A DNA stretch of 54,864 nt, the filler included, from Sphacelaria rigidula (Eukaryota), in NCBI GenBank assembly GCA_964200075.2. It is 5 parts of 5 records of this genome, joined end to end, with 100 filler letters (N's around TTAATTAATTAA, not from the genome) between each part and the next. Parts side by side here need not be neighbours in the genome. Positions count along the whole stretch, not along the records: positions 43,974 to 54,864 come from CAXNAA020005724.1; 4 more parts are not named here. One strand, written 5' to 3'. Within the stretch, counting starts at the first letter, position 1; each line of letters begins with the position of its first letter. The notes beneath the pieces are model-generated. The model had not been told where the DNA came from, ran no database searches, and saw only the letters and a program-made list of their open reading frames with translations. The position numbers were made by a program, and so were the translations under genes. Positions 49,363 through 54,864 of the stretch are shown one piece after another.

Positions 49363-49988
49363 CCTACGTGTGAACGGTTGCAGAAGGGTTGGCAACCTAC
49401 CGAGTGATTTTATGATTTTCGAAATACGGAATAAAAAAATTTAGCTGTCCTTCACAAAGGCAACTGGGCGAAAGATGGCGAAAAATATAAAAAATGACGG
49501 CTGCACACCTGGATCCCTTCGTCCCTCATAACCCCAAACACCTCAGCCATCACCTCCGACGACCGGGACACGTTTGCGATGAGGCTGATGATTGACCTGC
49601 ATATACAACGACACACAACAATACTATTGAGCTCCGGAAAGCGACATGATTGATTGATTGTCGCGCATCCGTTGGTCCCCCAGGGACAATCAATCAATCA
49701 TGGTAGACGTACTCAAGAAACAGTCAGGCTTATCACAGGCCAAGCGAATGGAGGGCCTTGCATCACACCAAGCATACCACACGCCGAGGCAGCTTAAGGA
49801 CCGCAGTTTTCGATCCCTTCAGATTGCGGGATCACAAAAATGACATGACAGGTCACACCGACACACATATATCCCCATTCCCCTCCCCGCAACCGCCTTC
49901 TTTGGGGGAAAAAAGTCATGATGCCGTCATGGCGAACTTGAGGTAGGCAAAAATCAAGTAATTCAGCGAGTCAAATTTGATACATACC

Positions 49989-50031
<43 letters not shown>

Positions 50032-50697
50032 ACCCACACACACACACCCAACGCACCACACACANNNNNNNNNNAAAATAAACATGCCGGCATGGGGAAA
50101 TGGAGGGAGGGAAAAAAAAAAGTAATTCCCCGGGCAAAATTTTAAAACACCCCCCCCCCCCCCCCCCCCCCCACTTCCCCTCAACAAAAATGAGAGTGCA
50201 AACTTGAGTGCAAGTTTATATGGACCATACCGTTCACGACGCAATTCGGCATGCCATCTCACCTTTCCCGTTTCTCCGTGACTTCCGCGATATCCCCGAG
50301 TTGCTTCAGGCAACTATGGATCATTTTGCGGGATGATTCCAAGCAGGCGCGGGCGCAGAAGGAGGAAGGTGTAAGGAGGAAGGGGGCAGAGATACCAAGA
50401 GGTAGTTCAGTGGTTCAGGATACGACGGCTTGGCACTTTAAGGTACAGGTAGGTCATCTTCATGGTCGTTAGGGGGTGGGAGGGGAAGCGGGGGGAAATA
50501 CCTCGCACAAGCTGCACTGCGACTTTGCGGCACCGACTCCTCCTCCCTCGAGATACTGTCATTTGGTAATGACCGTGGCTTGTTCTCGTCATTTCTTTCA
50601 TATCTAGAGCCTTACCCTGTGAGAGGACGGAGCGGACGCGCAATTCAGATAACAAAGATACAGTACTCGTACAGAGATACAGGACAAAGATAGAGAG

Positions 50698-50707
50698 ATG
50701 GAGAGGC

Positions 50708-50750
<43 letters not shown>

Positions 50751-50776
50751 AAGAGAGAAAGAGAGAGAGAGAGAGA
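50698..50776. repeat. (GA)n microsatellite
   Basis: Direct reading. Confidence 0.95.
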
Positions 50777-51099
50777 GCATACCGGAAACACCGAAACAGA
50801 GAGTAGAGAACAGACAGACGCACAAGATATATACATGCCTACTATTTTTTCGAAACATCGATATAATACAGTTATCAACCATCATGCCCCGCGAAACCAT
50901 CCTTCGTACAATCGACGATTCTGCTGTGGGAGACGAAACATGCTAACAATGAGAAATATCAGTATACGGAACCCATGTTGTCACGCACCGGACATGACAC
51001 CAGGTCAACTTCGGCGCCTGACATACACCCCATCTATATTGAAACAACGCCTGAATGAACATGACTCTTCATGTTGGCGTGAGTTCACGCCCCCTCACA

Positions 51100-51165
51100 T
51101 GCTTCGTCTCGAAAGGGATGCGTGGTCATTGGTCACACGACTGAGGCAAGCAACAAATGAGTACG
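51100..51165 (+). mobile_element. Family G 66-bp mini-element
   Basis: tgcttcgtctcgaaagggatgcgtgg...aaatgagtacg; flanks ccccctcaca / cccccctctcg (degenerate TSD). Confidence 0.75.
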
Positions 51166-52149
51166 CCCCCCTCTCGTCGAGACCCCCCGCGAGGGGTTCC
51201 TCCTTGCGCGATCTCTCGAAAGACCAAAGCAGAAACAAGAACAAAAGCGGTGCTACATCACCCGAAGAGATTTTCCTTCATAGAAGGAAAACTGCAGTGC
51301 AGTCTTGCTCGTTTTGCCCTGCAAGTTTCAGTTTTTCTTCTTCTCCACGGCTTTTTCGTGCAGCTACAGTACCGATTCGACGTTAACCCTCGGACAGCGG
51401 GAGTAGGCCACCTGTTGAATCGGCATCAATTTCACTTGCAAAAAGTATGCATGGTTAAGATGGATTACGTTCGCGGTCTAAGGGTCGACGTGCAATGCGA
51501 AAACACCAAATGATTCTTACGCCAACCGTTGTCGAAAAAAAAGGTGGATTCGAAACAAGGAAATAATCGAAGAAAGCCGAAGACAAAACGAACTCAGCGA
51601 CAAGGACTCCCACGGTGGATAAAAACAAATTGGTATCAGTGTGCACCGTCATATTCGGATCTTCACAGGGTTTCAGAGTTCACGATCCCAAACGCTCGCC
51701 TCGCGTGCGCAGCACGTGGGTTTGCTCAAATCGGTCGCCACAGACACCGACTTGAGCTGTGAACGCACACCTGGCCTAGGAAATCGCATGAACCGAGTAC
51801 CCAGACGAGAGAAAACATGAGCTCATGACTGAGAATCATATACTGCACACAAATATAAACATATACCTTGAAATGAAATGGTGATTTCTCGACAGACACT
51901 CCTGGAAAGTTTTCTTTTTCATGGTATTCACCTTAGCTGTCCCTCTAGAGCTACAAGATTAGAACCCTGCGACTCTCGAGTTTGGCTCTCCCTTCCTGTT
52001 TGGCCTCGCGTGTTGGGTGGAATAATGGGTCCTGCCTTTAGTAGCCCGAATGGTCGCATCTGACATCGGAAGTGAGACGGCTAGCAGTAGTCCTTTGTCA
52101 TTCCCTTTTTCTCCCTTTTTTTTCTAGTATTTTTTTTTTGTTTTCTCTC

Positions 52150-52325
52150 ATCTCTCTTGTATCGCGTCTATGTGAATTGTTTTCGGGTCCGATTCTTGTA
52201 TGATTTGCCTTCACCCTAGGGTGGAGCAGTTGGCCTGTGACCACGGAAGGCGTCCGCAGCAGATGCCCAGTGCAGGGTACTACGCAGTATCTGAACGGTT
52301 TTTGACGTGAAGACAACAACAACAA
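52150..52325 (+). mobile_element. RTE-type 3' end with (CAA)n tail
   Basis: cctgtgaccacggaaggcgtccgcagcagatgcccagt...gtgaagacaacaacaacaa. Confidence 0.7.
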
Positions 52326-52355
52326 ATCCACATTGCCCCCCCTTCCCCCCCCCCG

Positions 52356-52421
52356 TGCTCCGTCTCGAAAGGGATGCGTGGTCAATGGTCAAACGACCAA
52401 GGCAAGCAACAAATCAGTACG
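52356..52421 (+). mobile_element. Family G 66-bp mini-element
   Basis: tgctccgtctcgaaagggatgcg...aaatcagtacg; flanks C10G / C11G. Confidence 0.8.
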
Positions 52422-54704
52422 CCCCCCCCCCCGCGCATATTCTGACGATAAGAGATTTGGAGACATGGCCTTTGGCGGCAACTAGCGGTGAGGGTATTTT
52501 GTGAACCTTGCTTTGCATATCGTCCGCGTGTTGGAGTGCCACGCCAACAGTATCCACACTACGGCATTCCCGCGACTGCACCAATTCACGTTTCGCCACA
52601 GTATTTTCCACCCCACCAGTTTTCTGATTCCCCACCAATTTCACAACTTCTTGTTGCCCGCTTGACGTCGCGAGACCTTTATTTTCCGTCGCATTGATGA
52701 GGTCGCCTCCTGTGGCAAACAAGATTCGAAATCTAAAAAACTGCCTTTCTAGTCCTTCTGCGTCATTTGACGCCTTACAAGAGGGCTATGGGGGTTTTGA
52801 CTCCCTGGAACGCCTTGCTGTCCTCGTTGGGACGGTTGCAGGACACCTTCGCATTTTCCAGTGGTCGCAGTTTCTTTTTACACTCTTGCTTCTTCTCAGA
52901 GACCATTTTCCGAGAAAAATGCAAGTTTGGCCGAAAACAAAAACGGGAAGACACCCAGGTGTGCTGGAACCGTCCCAACGAGTCCAGCAGGGTATTATTC
53001 CGGGGTGTCAAAACCCCCCCAGTCCTCCTTTAGGGCGTGAAACGACGCAAAAAGTCCAAAAAGACAGGTACAGATTCTGTTTCCAATGTTTACCGGAAGA
53101 AGCGGCCTGAGAGCTGGGAGATTGTTTTATGGGCTCTCTGTTTATGAAGCGTACAGAGTCATCTCATGGCGTCGCAATTGTGGAAAGGTGATTGTTTTCG
53201 ACACACACTCGTAAGTTTTTTGTCGTATCATGTGACAGCATCCATATGTGTGTATGTTTATATATCAGTGTTGCGCCAAAGGAAAAACAAAATCGGGACA
53301 TAATCTGATCACTTTTCCCTTTAGTGCGCACTCCTGCAGCGCACAATACCATATATAGCGACGTGGAACTGTCGACTGTGGTTCGCACAACATAATAGCG
53401 AAGTTTCAGTGCCTCGCAGCGGCTACAGCGCGCGTAGGGCCGTGCGTCATGACCTGCGCAGCTCTACAGACTGTGTGCCTATCGGTACGCTACAGATGCT
53501 CATGGTCCAGAGAGGGTTGCATTATAGACCGGTGTCGGTTTTTCACCCCATCGGCCGCCCAGCCGCGCTAAATGTCCAGGTTTGTGCATCTGCGCGTGAA
53601 CATATGTAGTCACCTATAGTGCGCCAAGTCTGGGCACCTGCATGGCCAATTTGAGAGCGCATGCACGGCATTCCCCACAATCGGTTGGGGCCATGTTGTA
53701 CGGTGTTCCTAACCCCAATCGCGCGGATGCTTTGGACATATGCTACCTGTGTTGTGCCCAACTAGTGTGCAAAGTTTTATGATGGAACACGCAGTCACAG
53801 GCGAGAAATCCACAACCCAAGCTGCACTGAGAAATGGTGGTTTGCCGTAGGGAAGTACTGTACTCAAATAAACATGGCCTACGGTTAGGCCCTGATTACG
53901 CCGCATGTCTTATGCGGTTACGTAGTATTTTGGTACGGGTACCGCCTGTAGACCGTACATTGCATCAGCGTATTATACTGCACTTCATATAGTGGTCATG
54001 ACGGAGTTTTCAAATTTCGAACCCATCAGCTGCGCCGCCAAACATGCATGCAAACAAGTGTGCCATTCTCCAGTGCGACAAAAGCAATTGAGATGCTTCT
54101 TTTTCAAGCGGATTGTACCCTCCATATACTACGCCCTGGGCGCGGTGGTGCGCTGGATAACCACGCGTGGTCGCCACGTATCGTCGTACAGTGGGGCCCG
54201 CAAGGCACCCGTGCCAAGCAACAGCACGCACACCGACAAACGCGGGATATGATCACGTTCTCAGCCTACAACTTGGGCCGACGATCCAGCCTTAAAGATA
54301 GCTTTGCAAGGTATGCCGTATGTTGGGTCGGAGGTCGTCCCTCTAGGGCACGTCGCTCGTGTGAACTACACCTACTTCGCGAATGATCCAAGTTGGTAAT
54401 TTATACAATGATTCTTGTATGCGAGAATCGGCGTACATTTGATTCTTGTTTTTTGGCGCAACACTGATATCAAGTCTTGTGTTTTTGTTCTCATGTTTTC
54501 AGGTCGCCTTTTATGGCGAACAAAATGGACAAGATTTCTATTTCGTCACTTTTTGTCCGGAATTCTTGTCTGGCCACTTCATATTTTGAAAAGAAAAGCT
54601 TACAAAACCACTGTCAAATTTTACTTCTGAGAGGACGAGAAATTGAAGATCCCAGACAAACATTCACATATATATATATATATGAGTCATCCTACGATAG
54701 GGGG

Positions 54705-54770
54705 CATACTCATTTCTTGCTTGCCTTAGTCATTTGACCATTGACCACGCATCCCTTTCGAGACGGAGCA
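54705..54770 (-). mobile_element. Family G 66-bp mini-element with perfect 14-bp TSD
   Basis: cctacgataggggg at 54691-54704 and 54771-54784 flanks catactcatttcttgc...cgagacggagca. Confidence 0.85.
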
Positions 54771-54864
54771 CCTACGATAGGGGGGGGGGGAAATTGGTTG
54801 CACGAAAAACCAGGTTCCTAAGCCTGTCCGACACCCCTCCACCCCTACGTCCACCTGGTGCTTG

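Overview
Repeat-rich eukaryotic nuclear DNA. A brown alga/stramenopile is my inference, from TTAGGG-type motifs, GT-AG introns, RTE LINEs and abundant CpG. The window is not one locus: it is five contigs of 10894, 10894, 10893, 10892 and 10891 bp, sorted by length and joined by identical 100-bp spacers (N44-TTAATTAATTAA-N44). Contig 1 is mostly a ~154-bp satellite array (~65 monomers) with higher-order structure. Contig 2 holds two halves of a TetA/DHA1-like MFS transporter in reversed exon order, plus several MITEs. Contig 3 holds an intronless PPR gene with ~19 motifs, a tRNA-derived SINE and a mariner-type MITE. Contig 4 holds a decayed RTE-clade LINE whose RT is interrupted in frame by a MITE. 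Contig 5 is mostly repeats. Most notable: (i) the permuted MFS exons; (ii) a retroposon-like family, including a 66-bp mini-element, whose 10-14-bp TSDs begin with a C/G homopolymer; (iii) MITEs with different termini/TSDs that carry a telomere-like core; (iv) the nucleosome-sized, dyad-rich satellite; (v) the PPR array mixing 35- and 33-aa motifs with a recent 105-bp expansion. All alignments were done by eye; no databases were searched.
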